From: a virus
Strand: one strand, 5' to 3'
IMG/VR virus record: IMGVR_UViG_3300032782_000001
Location: 116,404 to 180,403 of that record
Length of the DNA stretch: 64,000 nt
Notes under the pieces: model-generated
The model's database searches: none
The model's input: only the letters and a program-made list of their open reading frames with translations
Told to the model about the DNA's origin: nothing
Position numbers and translations under genes: made by a program
Shown here: piece after piece, positions 9,983 to 18,534 of the stretch
How the letters are laid out: every line of letters starts with the position of its first letter
Numbering within the stretch: position 1 is the stretch's first letter

Positions 9983-10544
9983 CCGCAACCCGCCTCCTGC
10001 GCCGCCCCCGGCTCACAGGAAGTCTGTCAACTTCGAAGATTTCATCCCCGATCGGAATCTGAGTGAAGTCCAAAGGGCTGCCCAGTTCCTTTTTTGGGCA
10101 GCGGAGAATATGCCGAAGCGTTTCGTCCCATTCGTATGGATCGCGAAATACGCCTACATCAAACCTAAGTTGCCTCGTTCCGATTCGGCAGAGGTAACTT
10201 TGATCCGTCAAAAGAAGATGGACCAGATCAAGCGTGTTCTGTGGACCGAGTATAAGCGGCGCACGGTATCCGCTCCTCGGAATTCTGAGCCAGGAGTCCG
10301 AGCGACTTACGATCACGACGACATGGCCAATACCGACCTTGTGCGTCGGAGGCGTCATGTGGCCAGCAGCATCAAGCAGATGGCTGACACTCACGCGGCT
10401 ATCGATCCGGAACAGATGAATGACGCGTTGGCTAAGGCCATGGTCTTGGATATGAAACCGATCGTCAAGAAACTCAACACTCCCGATCTTATTCGGAGGT
10501 TGGAACTTCCTCCCCACAAGAAAAAGAAGGAAGATGATAAATGA
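9948..10544 (+). CDS. hypothetical protein
   Basis: 198-aa ORF; ATGA overlap with next gene. Confidence 0.5.
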   Translation: MRMEIVAMKSANRNPPPAPPPAHRKSVNFEDFIPDRNLSEVQRAAQFLFWAAENMPKRFVPFVWIAKYAYIKPKLPRSDSAEVTLIRQKKMDQIKRVLWTEYKRRTVSAPRNSEPGVRATYDHDDMANTDLVRRRRHVASSIKQMADTHAAIDPEQMNDALAKAMVLDMKPIVKKLNTPDLIRRLELPPHKKKKEDDK

Positions 10545-10900
10545 AAAAACTCTTCATCGTGGATGACGATGCGAATGTCCTCCGTGTCCATGTCAGAGCG
10601 CTTTCCAAACACCATCAGGTCACGGCTTCTTTGGATGCCGAAGATCTGATGGCTTCGCTACGGGCCGGTCATTCTTATGACGTCGTGGTTTCCGACGTTG
10701 AAATGCCAGGCATGTCGGGGAAGCAGCTTCTGGATGCTTTGCGCTCGGAATTCCCCAGCTATGAATCGAAATTGATTTTTGTAACTGGGGGAGCCGACTC
10801 CAAAATCTTGGAGTCGCTCGGCACTAAGGCCATCATACTCTGGAAACCGGTCCCAGTGACTGAATTGTTGGAAGCAGTCCAAAACGTGAACGGATCTTGA
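10541..10900 (+). CDS. stand-alone response-regulator receiver (CheY-like REC) domain protein
   Basis: IVDDD acidic pocket, phospho-acceptor-like D in VVVSDVEMPGMSG, LIFVTG and KP motifs in canonical order; 119 aa. Confidence 0.8.
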   Translation: MKKLFIVDDDANVLRVHVRALSKHHQVTASLDAEDLMASLRAGHSYDVVVSDVEMPGMSGKQLLDALRSEFPSYESKLIFVTGGADSKILESLGTKAIILWKPVPVTELLEAVQNVNGS

Positions 10901-11313
10901 AACCGATTCCGACAGTCGTCATTATCCAAGGGAAGGCTGTCAATCAGCATCATTTGGAATGCCCGGAGTGTGGATCCACAATGGAGCTCCGTGGAATAAA
11001 TGAGAAGCTCTATTATGTTTGTATTTCAGTAGGATGTAAAGGTATTCACGGGTCTCATCCGGATGGCAAACCTTTAGGCATTCCTGCTAAAGCTAACATC
11101 AGGAAGGCCAGATCTGCAGCCCATATTGCCTTCGATAGGATTTGGGAGCACAAGAAAATGACGCGCACTGAAGCGTATGCTTGGCTTTCCAAAATCATGG
11201 GTGTTCAAGAGGCTCACATTGGTAACTTCGATGCCGAGCAATGCAGGAAAATTGTCACGACAGTCAAAACAGAATTCCCTGAGCTCTTCCCATTCAGCGA
11301 CGACATCCCATGA
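10897..11313 (+). CDS. protein with topoisomerase-type C4 zinc finger
   Basis: CPECGSTMELRGINEKLYYVC..GCKG resembles zf-C4_Topoisom. Confidence 0.5.
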   Translation: MKPIPTVVIIQGKAVNQHHLECPECGSTMELRGINEKLYYVCISVGCKGIHGSHPDGKPLGIPAKANIRKARSAAHIAFDRIWEHKKMTRTEAYAWLSKIMGVQEAHIGNFDAEQCRKIVTTVKTEFPELFPFSDDIP

Positions 11314-12136
11314 ACCCTGGTGGGTTTATATGGTTCGATGTTCAGATAACACATTTTATACAGGCATCACGAACAACATTCCAAAGCGAATTGAGAAACA
11401 TGACGACGGGAAAGGTGCCAAATACACACGCGGGCGTGGGCCCGTGACCTTGGTTTGGGCTCGAAAATTCCAAAGCAAGTCTGAAGCTTTAACTGAAGAA
11501 GCGCGCGTCAAGAAACTCTCAAGATTTACAAAAGAATCCATGGCTCCTTGGTGGTGCCATACTCCCAGTCTTCGAAAGAAGAATATTCTCTTTCAAGCAT
11601 TCATTGAAGTGAATGCTAAATATGAGCAAAAAACGAAAGGGAAACTTATTGGATCCCCTTCTATCAGGAAGGAATTATTCAATACATATTCCAGGGCGGT
11701 GCCAACTGAAGAGGCACTCCGTGCTATTGTGAGACTCTCTCCCCTTGTGGAAATGGGTGCCGGCACTGGATACTGGGCTTCTCTCTTGAATCATTTAGGA
11801 GCGGATATCATTGCATATGACAGAATTGATTCAGTTAACCTTTGGCACACCGGACCGACTCGATTCTTTGATGTCAAAAACGGTTCTCCCGAATCTTTGT
11901 TGAATCATTCGGATCGTTCTCTTTTCCTTTGCTGGCCTCCTGCCGACAGCAAGATGGCTGTGGAATGTCTTCGGAATTGGAAAGGACGGGAATTAGCTTA
12001 CGTGGGAGATTTCAATGGATTAACTGGAGATCAGGAATTCTATGACGTTTTGCGTCGAGATTTCGTTCTCACACAGACCATTGAAATCCCGCAGTGGGCG
12101 GGGGCAGAAGATTACTTAACTATCTGGCAAAAATGA
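11177..12136 (+). CDS. GIY-YIG nuclease domain (YhbQ-like) fused to a Rossmann SAM-MTase-like domain; start uncertain (ATG 11177, 11231 or 11330)
   Basis: PWWVYMVRCSDNTFYTGITNNIPKRIEKH..GKGAKYTRGRGP matches GIY-YIG/YhbQ; downstream VEMGAGTGYWASLLNHLGADIIAYD resembles MTase motif I; no stop between. Confidence 0.65.
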   Translation: MLGFPKSWVFKRLTLVTSMPSNAGKLSRQSKQNSLSSSHSATTSHEPWWVYMVRCSDNTFYTGITNNIPKRIEKHDDGKGAKYTRGRGPVTLVWARKFQSKSEALTEEARVKKLSRFTKESMAPWWCHTPSLRKKNILFQAFIEVNAKYEQKTKGKLIGSPSIRKELFNTYSRAVPTEEALRAIVRLSPLVEMGAGTGYWASLLNHLGADIIAYDRIDSVNLWHTGPTRFFDVKNGSPESLLNHSDRSLFLCWPPADSKMAVECLRNWKGRELAYVGDFNGLTGDQEFYDVLRRDFVLTQTIEIPQWAGAEDYLTIWQK

Positions 12137-12161
12137 TTCATCCTCCAGCGTAATGTGACTC

Positions 12162-12494
12162 ATGAAGCCTGATCAGATCATTTCGCTCACCGAGAAATAC
12201 GAAGAAGCTTTCCGGCGCGTCGGTACCAGGCCTAAGGAGATCGACAGGAGCATTACGCCTCCTGGTATGCAGAAGGCATGCGAACACGCAATGTGGATGC
12301 TCCCTAAGATCCGGGAGATCCTCCAGGAGGGAAAGCATGCGAAAGCTGAAAGGTGGTTTTGTTTCGTACAGAGCGTTATGTGGCAGGCAGGATTCTTCAG
12401 CATCAATGATATGCGTGATCACAACCGGACCCCCGAAGAGGAAAAACCTGTTAGCCCGAATCCGGATGCCTGTTCTAATATCCTTGAAGATTAG
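12162..12494 (+). CDS. hypothetical protein
   Basis: 110-aa ORF. Confidence 0.5.
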   Translation: MKPDQIISLTEKYEEAFRRVGTRPKEIDRSITPPGMQKACEHAMWMLPKIREILQEGKHAKAERWFCFVQSVMWQAGFFSINDMRDHNRTPEEEKPVSPNPDACSNILED

Positions 12495-13021
12495 CTGTCC
12501 ATTACCTCCGTCGCAATCTTGGACATGTCAGCGTTAGCCTCAAGCAGGACCCACAAGACGCGGGCATCTGCCGCTACCATAAATTTCTCGTGTCGCCAAT
12601 CCTGGCAGTACCAGTCATAACCTTCGTAAGTTTTCTTTCGTTCTCCTTGATGGAGACGGGTCCTACAAGGACGTACTTGCAGCATTACATGTCCGTTACT
12701 AAGTTCAGGGAGAACTTCGAAATGGAGCATGGCGATAGTCGTGGAAGTCGGGTTTGAAGAATAATCTTTGTGCTCGGATGTTGACCATTTCACCCAAAAA
12801 CGGTTACCACCACTGCAATGAATATGGATATGGTAGGAACAAAATTCAACGGATGCTTTTAGCCTGTCAAATTCTTGGATCAGGTGAGAAATTACTGAGT
12901 CATGTAGCTCACTGAACATCATTCCAGATAATACGTTCAGACTTTGCTGTAAAATGAATCCGGAGGTTTCCATGTCAGTTATTGTAGAGATCAGGGCCGC
13001 CGAAGGCGGAGATGACGCCAA
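12491..13021 (-). CDS. hypothetical protein (ends ...ATEVMDS)
   Basis: 176-aa minus ORF; no competing plus ORF; C-terminal VM-tail. Confidence 0.45.
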   Translation of the reverse strand: MASSPPSAALISTITDMETSGFILQQSLNVLSGMMFSELHDSVISHLIQEFDRLKASVEFCSYHIHIHCSGGNRFWVKWSTSEHKDYSSNPTSTTIAMLHFEVLPELSNGHVMLQVRPCRTRLHQGERKKTYEGYDWYCQDWRHEKFMVAADARVLWVLLEANADMSKIATEVMDS

Positions 13022-13638
13022 ACTCCTCGTTGAGGATCAACTCCGAGTCTATGCGCGCCGCGCGGTTCGGAGGGGTCTTTGACCTTGAAGTAACCGAACG
13101 CCTTCCGGGCCTCGTCGTCTTCCGGTTAACCGGTAAAGGTGCAGACGAAGCTTGGAAGGATGAAGCCGGTGGACACCGCTGGCAAAGGATTCCCCCAACC
13201 GAAAAAAGGGGTCGAGTCCAAACGAGCACTGTGACAGTGGCAGTTTTGCCAGAGCCCACAGAAGCTCAGATCCGGATCGATCCGAGGGACATAGAAGCGT
13301 CCACTACTCGTGGATCTGGTCCTGGTGGTCAAAATCGAAATAAAGTGGAAACGTGTGTCATTTTGAAGCACATCCCTACGGGGCTAACTGTTCGTTGTGA
13401 ATCTGAGAGATCACAACATCAGAATCGAGCTATTGCCCTGGCACTCCTCCGGGCCAGATTATGGGACGCTGCACAGAAGCAGGCCATTGGAGCTCGTGAT
13501 GATAACCGGAAACGTCAAATTGGATCCGGAATGCGTGGAGACAAGAGAAGAACAATTCGATGCCAGGATGGGATAGTCAACGATCACTTGACTGGAAGAC
13601 ACTGGAACTTCAAAGAATATGAGCGCGGTGACTGGTAA
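12972..13638 (+). CDS. PrfH-like class-I peptide chain release factor (lacks domain 1; GGQ motif); expression requires programmed +1 frameshift at CTT-TGA-C (13077-13083)
   Basis: Frame 0 (12972..13082) gives MSVIVEIRAAEGGDDAKLLVEDQLRVYARRAVRRGL-stop. The +1 frame from 13081 continues DLEVTE...GGHRWQRIPPTEKRGRVQTSTVTVAVLPE...SGPGGQNRNKVETCVILKHIPTG...RSQHQNR. The two frames together align with RF1/RF2 domains 2-4. The shift site is GGAGGGG-T-CTT-TGA-C, the canonical prfB cassette. Confidence 0.8.
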
Positions 13639-14001
13639 CTAGCGCTTCATCAAGAAACTCAAAGCCTTATTGTGGAAAGTGACGAGACCTTTACCGGCCT
13701 CGTCTCTCTCTGCAGTTCCGTGGTCGGAAACCAGCCATTTACAGAGGACTTCTCGAGCTTCCACAGCCATGGCCTTTGCTTCATCATCTTCTATTTTATC
13801 CAGAATATCAATGGTCTCCTCGATCATACCCTGGAAAATAGAATAGGTTCCAGAGATCTTACTCATTCGCTGGCGAAAACTTCGCCAGTTCACTTGCTGG
13901 GTAGAATCTTGGAAACCCTCGGTGCACCAATGACATATGGCGTCGGATTCACCTCCGCAGGCCTCGCAAACCCTAGGTGTATCTGCCGGATCGTCCATCA
14001 C
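13639..14001 (-). CDS. hypothetical protein with N-terminal Cys cluster
   Basis: 120-aa minus ORF; CEACGG...CHWC. Confidence 0.45.
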   Translation of the reverse strand: MMDDPADTPRVCEACGGESDAICHWCTEGFQDSTQQVNWRSFRQRMSKISGTYSIFQGMIEETIDILDKIEDDEAKAMAVEAREVLCKWLVSDHGTAERDEAGKGLVTFHNKALSFLMKR

Positions 14002-14038
14002 AAACTACAGAAGACAAAAGGTCGTTCAAGTGGACGAT

Positions 14039-14539
14039 TTATTTCTTGGCTTTGTCTTCGACTGCCTTGAAATCCGGGGGTATGACAACCGCTGTCTGCG
14101 GATTCATAGAAGGAAGGGGAGGCGGAACAGGAGCAGTAATAACTGGCTTCGGTTTCGGCTTGAGTTTATTCCCTACCGCAGGCGGTGCTGGATGGGGCGT
14201 TCCTGCAGGTGGTTCAGTGGTGGGTTCCGCGGATGCTGCAGCCATGGCTTCTTTGCGAACTTCCCGATCCTTTTTTAGGTATTCGTGAAGCGCTTTAATG
14301 TCTTCGTTCGTCTTCAAATTTGCTTCAGACAAGTTGGAAATGGACTTCGAGAGCTCTTCATAACTTGCCTTCTGAAGAGAGGTATCCATGGTTTTTACGA
14401 GCGCAGTGACGGCAGTAATGAGAGCCGTCAGAGCAGTAATCACAACTGCTACTGCTTTGGCCCTAGCGTAGAAATTTTTAGCCTCCGGAGGAATGCTTTC
14501 CTTGGCAGAATCGGGGCCTGAAATTTCTATCTGATTCAT
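14039..14539 (-). CDS. membrane/Pro-rich protein
   Basis: 166-aa minus ORF with hydrophobic helix VAVVITALTALITAVTALV and PKPKPVITAPVPPPLP. Confidence 0.5.
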   Translation of the reverse strand: MNQIEISGPDSAKESIPPEAKNFYARAKAVAVVITALTALITAVTALVKTMDTSLQKASYEELSKSISNLSEANLKTNEDIKALHEYLKKDREVRKEAMAAASAEPTTEPPAGTPHPAPPAVGNKLKPKPKPVITAPVPPPLPSMNPQTAVVIPPDFKAVEDKAKK

Positions 14540-14570
14540 ATTAGACCCCGCCCATTAGACGTCTCTAATA

Positions 14571-14610
14571 CCTACGACCGCGGAAATTGTGAAATTTCCG
14601 CGGTCGTAGG
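14571..14610. terminator. perfect 18-bp stem hairpin (CCTACGACCGCGGAAATT-GTGA-AATTTCCGCGGTCGTAGG)
   Basis: Perfect inverted repeat with 4-nt loop, lying between minus-strand genes; no strong U-tract. Confidence 0.5.
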
Positions 14611-14622
14611 AGCCACCTAGCT

Positions 14623-14727
14623 TTACTTCTTGGCTGCCTTCTTGGCTGCCTTCTTCGCGGGCTTTTTGGCTGCCTTCTTCGCGGGCTTCTTTGCGGCCTT
14701 CTTGGCTGCCTTCTTTGCGGTTGCCAT
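14623..14727 (-). CDS. 34-aa lysine/alanine-repeat basic peptide (MATAKKAAKKAAKKPAKKAAKKPAKKAAKKAAKK)
   Basis: Minus ORF with SD GAGGAAA 5 nt upstream of ATG, followed by strong hairpin; the track ORF 14555..14767 is the wrong frame of the same repeat. Confidence 0.4.
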   Translation of the reverse strand: MATAKKAAKKAAKKPAKKAAKKPAKKAAKKAAKK

Positions 14728-14796
14728 GATTTCCTCTGGGTTTGATGGAGTGATGTCTGAAGGCCAATGCATTCAGACAGAGAATCTAGTTGATAG

Positions 14797-15258
14797 CTAG
14801 ATCCCTACAGGAGTGTCCGAAGGTTCAATGAGCCGACGGAATTCCTCCCGGAGTTCTTTGTACATTACGAGTGTGCCTGTATAAACACGACACAACCCTA
14901 GAGAATCAGCTTGACAATAACATAAGAACCCGACTTGCCTATCGACGGGGTTCGCGAATTTCCTGAACCCTGGATGGCTACCGTGCTCCATTAGGGCAGT
15001 TTCCATCGCTTCTGCACTGATAGAATAGTCTACTTTAGGAGTCATTTTCTTCCCGAAAGGATAGAATGTGACTCGAATACCATCTTCATCCGCTTCAGTC
15101 CAATTCCCGGCAAAATTATCCGGCTTTGGATGGAAAGCTACGAAAGCGACACGCCCGAATTCCGGCCTATCATAAGGAATTATCGTCCTTCCACTAATCC
15201 GAAGCTGCTCGGATCTTGAATTAAGATCAGCCAGACTAATAACTAATTCAGTCTTCAT
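14797..15258 (-). CDS. hypothetical protein
   Basis: 153-aa minus ORF. Confidence 0.5.
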   Translation of the reverse strand: MKTELVISLADLNSRSEQLRISGRTIIPYDRPEFGRVAFVAFHPKPDNFAGNWTEADEDGIRVTFYPFGKKMTPKVDYSISAEAMETALMEHGSHPGFRKFANPVDRQVGFLCYCQADSLGLCRVYTGTLVMYKELREEFRRLIEPSDTPVGI

Positions 15259-15347
15259 AATTCACGCTACCAATTTTAGGCCTTTCTTGTTCTATTGGAA
15301 AGAAGCTCGTCCTGTGCGGCACCGGAGCCGCAGAAGGACGGAATCTC

Positions 15348-15629
15348 ATGGATAGGAAACTGGAGATCGGATCTGCCGTGGTATTCATCACGGCAGAGCG
15401 TGTGAAGGTTAACGCTCTCATCGAATACGTCCACCATAGTGGTAGCGTAGACGCTGAAGAGCACAGGCAGAAGTATGGAAACTGGCCGTGCGTGAATTTG
15501 ATGTTCCTGTCGCCGGATCCCAACAAGGTGGATCAGCATGGCAGGCAGAAGGAACGCGCCTCGTCAGTTTCTCACGGCAGTGTCCAGGGGACTCCTCAGG
15601 GTTACTGTTGGCTTTGGCCTGACGAGTAA
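15348..15629 (+). CDS. hypothetical protein (uncertain; competing minus ORFs)
   Basis: 93-aa ORF in gap between two minus genes. Confidence 0.2.
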   Translation: MDRKLEIGSAVVFITAERVKVNALIEYVHHSGSVDAEEHRQKYGNWPCVNLMFLSPDPNKVDQHGRQKERASSVSHGSVQGTPQGYCWLWPDE

Positions 15630-15699
15630 TCTTCCCGCCTTCGGTCGGTACCCAAAAGGCGCCGATGACCGGAGGTTCCGACGCCGCGCAGGGCGAGCT

Positions 15700-16431
15700 T
15701 CAAATGCCGGTGAGTTCGCACCACCGGTCTATCACCATTTGAGCGTATGCAATGGATGGCATTCCGTAGGCACCCAGAGAAAAGGCATCGTTTACTTCAA
15801 CAACAAGTGTCTTTCCTTCCGACGTGACTCCGAGGTCCAGAGAATAAGCCACAGGCGCGCTTTTAAACGCCAGTACACATTTTTGCGCAATTTCAAAATC
15901 CGGATATTTCGTGAAGTCACCTCGATAATGACGACAGTTCACAATCAGTCCTCGATGAATGAACAGTCTATATTCAGCCACGAAGTCCACCACATCAGAG
16001 GCTAAGATTTCGAATTCATCCGGGAATGAAGCCGTCTTGATAAGATCCCGGATTGCGCCACTCGTTACAAACCCTGTGAACGCTTTACCACTTTTGAGTG
16101 GCTTGATGAACATGTGATGATTATTTTCGAGACGCTCCCTAACATATTTCATGTTGGTTTCCCACATATGTCGACCATAAAATTCGCGAATTTCTTCGAC
16201 AGGTCCGTGATCTAATGTAGGTTGCACAATTCCAAGTCTATCCAGAGCTCGACGCACAGGGCCGATCCATCCATGAACTAACGTCTCTTTGCGGAGTTCT
16301 AGTGAATCGATTTCCTCGGCCGTGAAAGGAATTGTTTCTATACCAAGCATATAACATCCATACCACAGGGAAAAAGCGGTCTCATTAATGAACTCACCGT
16401 TTTTCTTCTGGATGTATGCGAGATCAATCAT
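15700..16431 (-). CDS. ATP-grasp fold protein (putative)
   Basis: FIKPLKSGKAFTG, EYRLFIHRG and DLGV..GKTLVVEVND resemble ATP-grasp lysine, central and C-terminal motifs. Confidence 0.5.
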   Translation of the reverse strand: MIDLAYIQKKNGEFINETAFSLWYGCYMLGIETIPFTAEEIDSLELRKETLVHGWIGPVRRALDRLGIVQPTLDHGPVEEIREFYGRHMWETNMKYVRERLENNHHMFIKPLKSGKAFTGFVTSGAIRDLIKTASFPDEFEILASDVVDFVAEYRLFIHRGLIVNCRHYRGDFTKYPDFEIAQKCVLAFKSAPVAYSLDLGVTSEGKTLVVEVNDAFSLGAYGMPSIAYAQMVIDRWCELTGI

Positions 16432-16458
16432 TAGACATGTTACAGCGTAAGATCTCGC

Positions 16459-17409
16459 ATGCGACTCCGAGGAACAGAATTTGGCAGAGTTTGGTGCTCT
16501 TCAGGATCATTGGGATTCTTCGGTGACGGATATTGGTATCATCGGTTGATGAAACCGTTCGGTCTGGACTACGAAGATACTACCTTCGTGGCTAAGACGA
16601 CGACTCTCTTCCCAAGGAAAGGGAACATGCCTTTGAAGGAAGATAAGGTGACGCCGAAAAATTTACTTCCTTCTTGCATTAAGATCAACTTTCGGAAAGG
16701 GGCAGTTCTGAATTCCGTCGGACTCAGCGGACCAGGTTTTTTCGATCTGATTGGAACAGGGAAATGGCAAAGGAGAACCGAACCTTTCCTCATTTCCTTC
16801 ATGTCAGTATCTTCAACGCCTGAGGGAAGGCTCTCGGAGCTTCGAGGCTTCGTTAGTTTTCTTAAGCCGAAAATCCAAGAATTTCAGGCGCCTTTCGGTG
16901 TGGAAATGAACTTCTCATGCCCAAATGTTGGGCTCCATTCCGGAGAGTTATCCTCTGAAGTCATGACGGCTTTGGAAACAGCTGCTCCGCTTCAAGTCCC
17001 TCTTATTCCGAATTTCGGACCCGACGTCTCCACAAAGATCATTTGGGACACCATGCTTCATCCTTCTTGTGATGCAGTGTCTATTTCCAACACTTTGAAG
17101 TGGGGAATGATGCCTGATCGCGTGGATTGGGAATCCATTTGGGGGTCTAAATCCTCTCCACTAGTCCAATTTGGAGGTGGAGGAATGTCCGGGTCTCCTA
17201 TTTTCCCGATAGTGTTGGAACTCGTCCAAGAAGTTTGCAAAGACTCTATTCCGAAACCCCTGATTGCGGGCGGCGGAATCATGAACGAGGCTAACGCTGT
17301 AGCACTCATTAAGTCTGGAGCTTCTGCCATCAAGCTGGGAACAGTTGCGATGCTCAGGCCGTGGCGTGTACGTGGGATTGTAAAGAAAGTTCGGGAGATG
17401 ATGCTTTGA
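16459..17409 (+). CDS. pyrD: dihydroorotate dehydrogenase (class 1-like)
   Basis: NFSCPNVG active-site motif and C-terminal LIAGGGIMNEANAVALIKSGASAIKLGT FMN-binding motif. Confidence 0.8.
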   Translation: MRLRGTEFGRVWCSSGSLGFFGDGYWYHRLMKPFGLDYEDTTFVAKTTTLFPRKGNMPLKEDKVTPKNLLPSCIKINFRKGAVLNSVGLSGPGFFDLIGTGKWQRRTEPFLISFMSVSSTPEGRLSELRGFVSFLKPKIQEFQAPFGVEMNFSCPNVGLHSGELSSEVMTALETAAPLQVPLIPNFGPDVSTKIIWDTMLHPSCDAVSISNTLKWGMMPDRVDWESIWGSKSSPLVQFGGGGMSGSPIFPIVLELVQEVCKDSIPKPLIAGGGIMNEANAVALIKSGASAIKLGTVAMLRPWRVRGIVKKVREMML

Positions 17410-18410
17410 AAATTTCCATTCGAAGGCCAGATGATTTCCATGTTCATTTAAGAGATGGTGACATTCCATCTCTCGTAGGTCCATATACGTCTGATTCCTT
17501 CTCAAGGGCTTTGGTGATGCCCAACACTTCTTCTCCCATTCTCTCAGCGATGGATGCTGAAACCTACAGGAAGAAGCTTCGAGAAGATGTCCCCCTTCTT
17601 GAGCCCCTCATGACTATTCAGCTCACAAGTTCTACTTCACCAGAAATGATCTTGGAAGCCCAAAAAGTGGGGGTTATGGCTGCCAAGTTTTACCCCTTGG
17701 GGGTCACAACCAATTCAGGGAACGGATCTCTTCAGATCACTGATTTGAGATCTCAGCTCTCCATGATGGAAGAAATTGGAATGATCTTATGCCTCCATGG
17801 AGAAACTCCAAACGTTTTTTGTATGGACAGGGAACGCGATTTCTTGCAACGTTCCCTCATGCCGCTGTCGAAGGGGTTTCCTAAACTCAAGATTGTTCTG
17901 GAACATCTATCCACGGCTGATGCTGTTGGCTACGTAGAAAATCTCCCCGACAATGTTGCAGCCACCATCACAGCTCATCATCTAGTCTTGACTCTGGATG
18001 ATGTTTTGGGAGATAAACTGAAGACGCATCATTTCTGTAAGCCCATAGCCAAGCACCCGAGAGACAGAGAAGAACTCCGAAGGGCGGCCACTTCCGGGAA
18101 TCCAAAATTCTTCCTCGGAACTGATTCAGCACCTCATCCAATCAATGGTAAAGAATGTGCTGAAGGATGTGCCGGAGTTTTCACTGCACCAGTTGCCATG
18201 GAAATCTTGGCAGAAGAATTTGAGAAAGCAGATGCTCTCCAAAAATTGGAAGCGTTCACCAGCGAATTTGGAGCACGATTCTACGGACTTCCATTGAATA
18301 AAGAAAAACTCGTTTTAGAGAAGAAATTGCGACGAGTTCCTGGTATGGTACAGAGAAATTTTGTACCATTTATGAGCGGTAAGGAACTATTATGGTCTCG
18401 AAGCTCTTGA
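17406..18410 (+). CDS. pyrC: dihydroorotase (class II, PyrC-like)
   Basis: LKISIRRPDDFHVHLRDGD...MPNTSSPI and LGTDSAPHP...CAGVFTAP...FYGLPLN collinear with E. coli PyrC; TTG at 17406 with GGGAG SD preferred over GTG 17361. Confidence 0.9.
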   Translation: MKISIRRPDDFHVHLRDGDIPSLVGPYTSDSFSRALVMPNTSSPILSAMDAETYRKKLREDVPLLEPLMTIQLTSSTSPEMILEAQKVGVMAAKFYPLGVTTNSGNGSLQITDLRSQLSMMEEIGMILCLHGETPNVFCMDRERDFLQRSLMPLSKGFPKLKIVLEHLSTADAVGYVENLPDNVAATITAHHLVLTLDDVLGDKLKTHHFCKPIAKHPRDREELRRAATSGNPKFFLGTDSAPHPINGKECAEGCAGVFTAPVAMEILAEEFEKADALQKLEAFTSEFGARFYGLPLNKEKLVLEKKLRRVPGMVQRNFVPFMSGKELLWSRSS

Positions 18411-18459
18411 AACTGACCGGCTACTGGCAGAGTATATGAGGCGATCTCGCCTCAAATAC

Positions 18460-18533
18460 CCGCCAGTAGCTCAGTTGGTAAGAGCACGAGCCTTATAAGC
18501 ACGGAGTCGGTGGTTCGATCCCACCCTGGCGGA
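18460..18533 (+). tRNA. tRNA with anticodon TAT (Ile, AUA-reading)
   Basis: Cloverleaf: acceptor CCGCCAG/CTGGCGG, D-arm GCTC-AGTTGGTAA-GAGC, anticodon loop CTTATAA, T-arm GGTGG-TTCGATC-CCACC; no CCA encoded. Confidence 0.6.
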
Positions 18534-18534
18534 C

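Noticed and set aside
13012-13638. Treating 13012..13638 as an independent gene starting MTPNSSL
   Set aside because: Its N-terminal 23 residues overlap and lack homology. RF homology begins exactly at the CTT-TGA-C shift point and continues the frame-0 N-terminal segment.
14555-14767. 70-aa minus ORF (EGSQEGRKEAREEGSQ...)
   Set aside because: Wrong frame of the KKAAKK repeat. The alternative 34-aa frame has a canonical SD and ATG.
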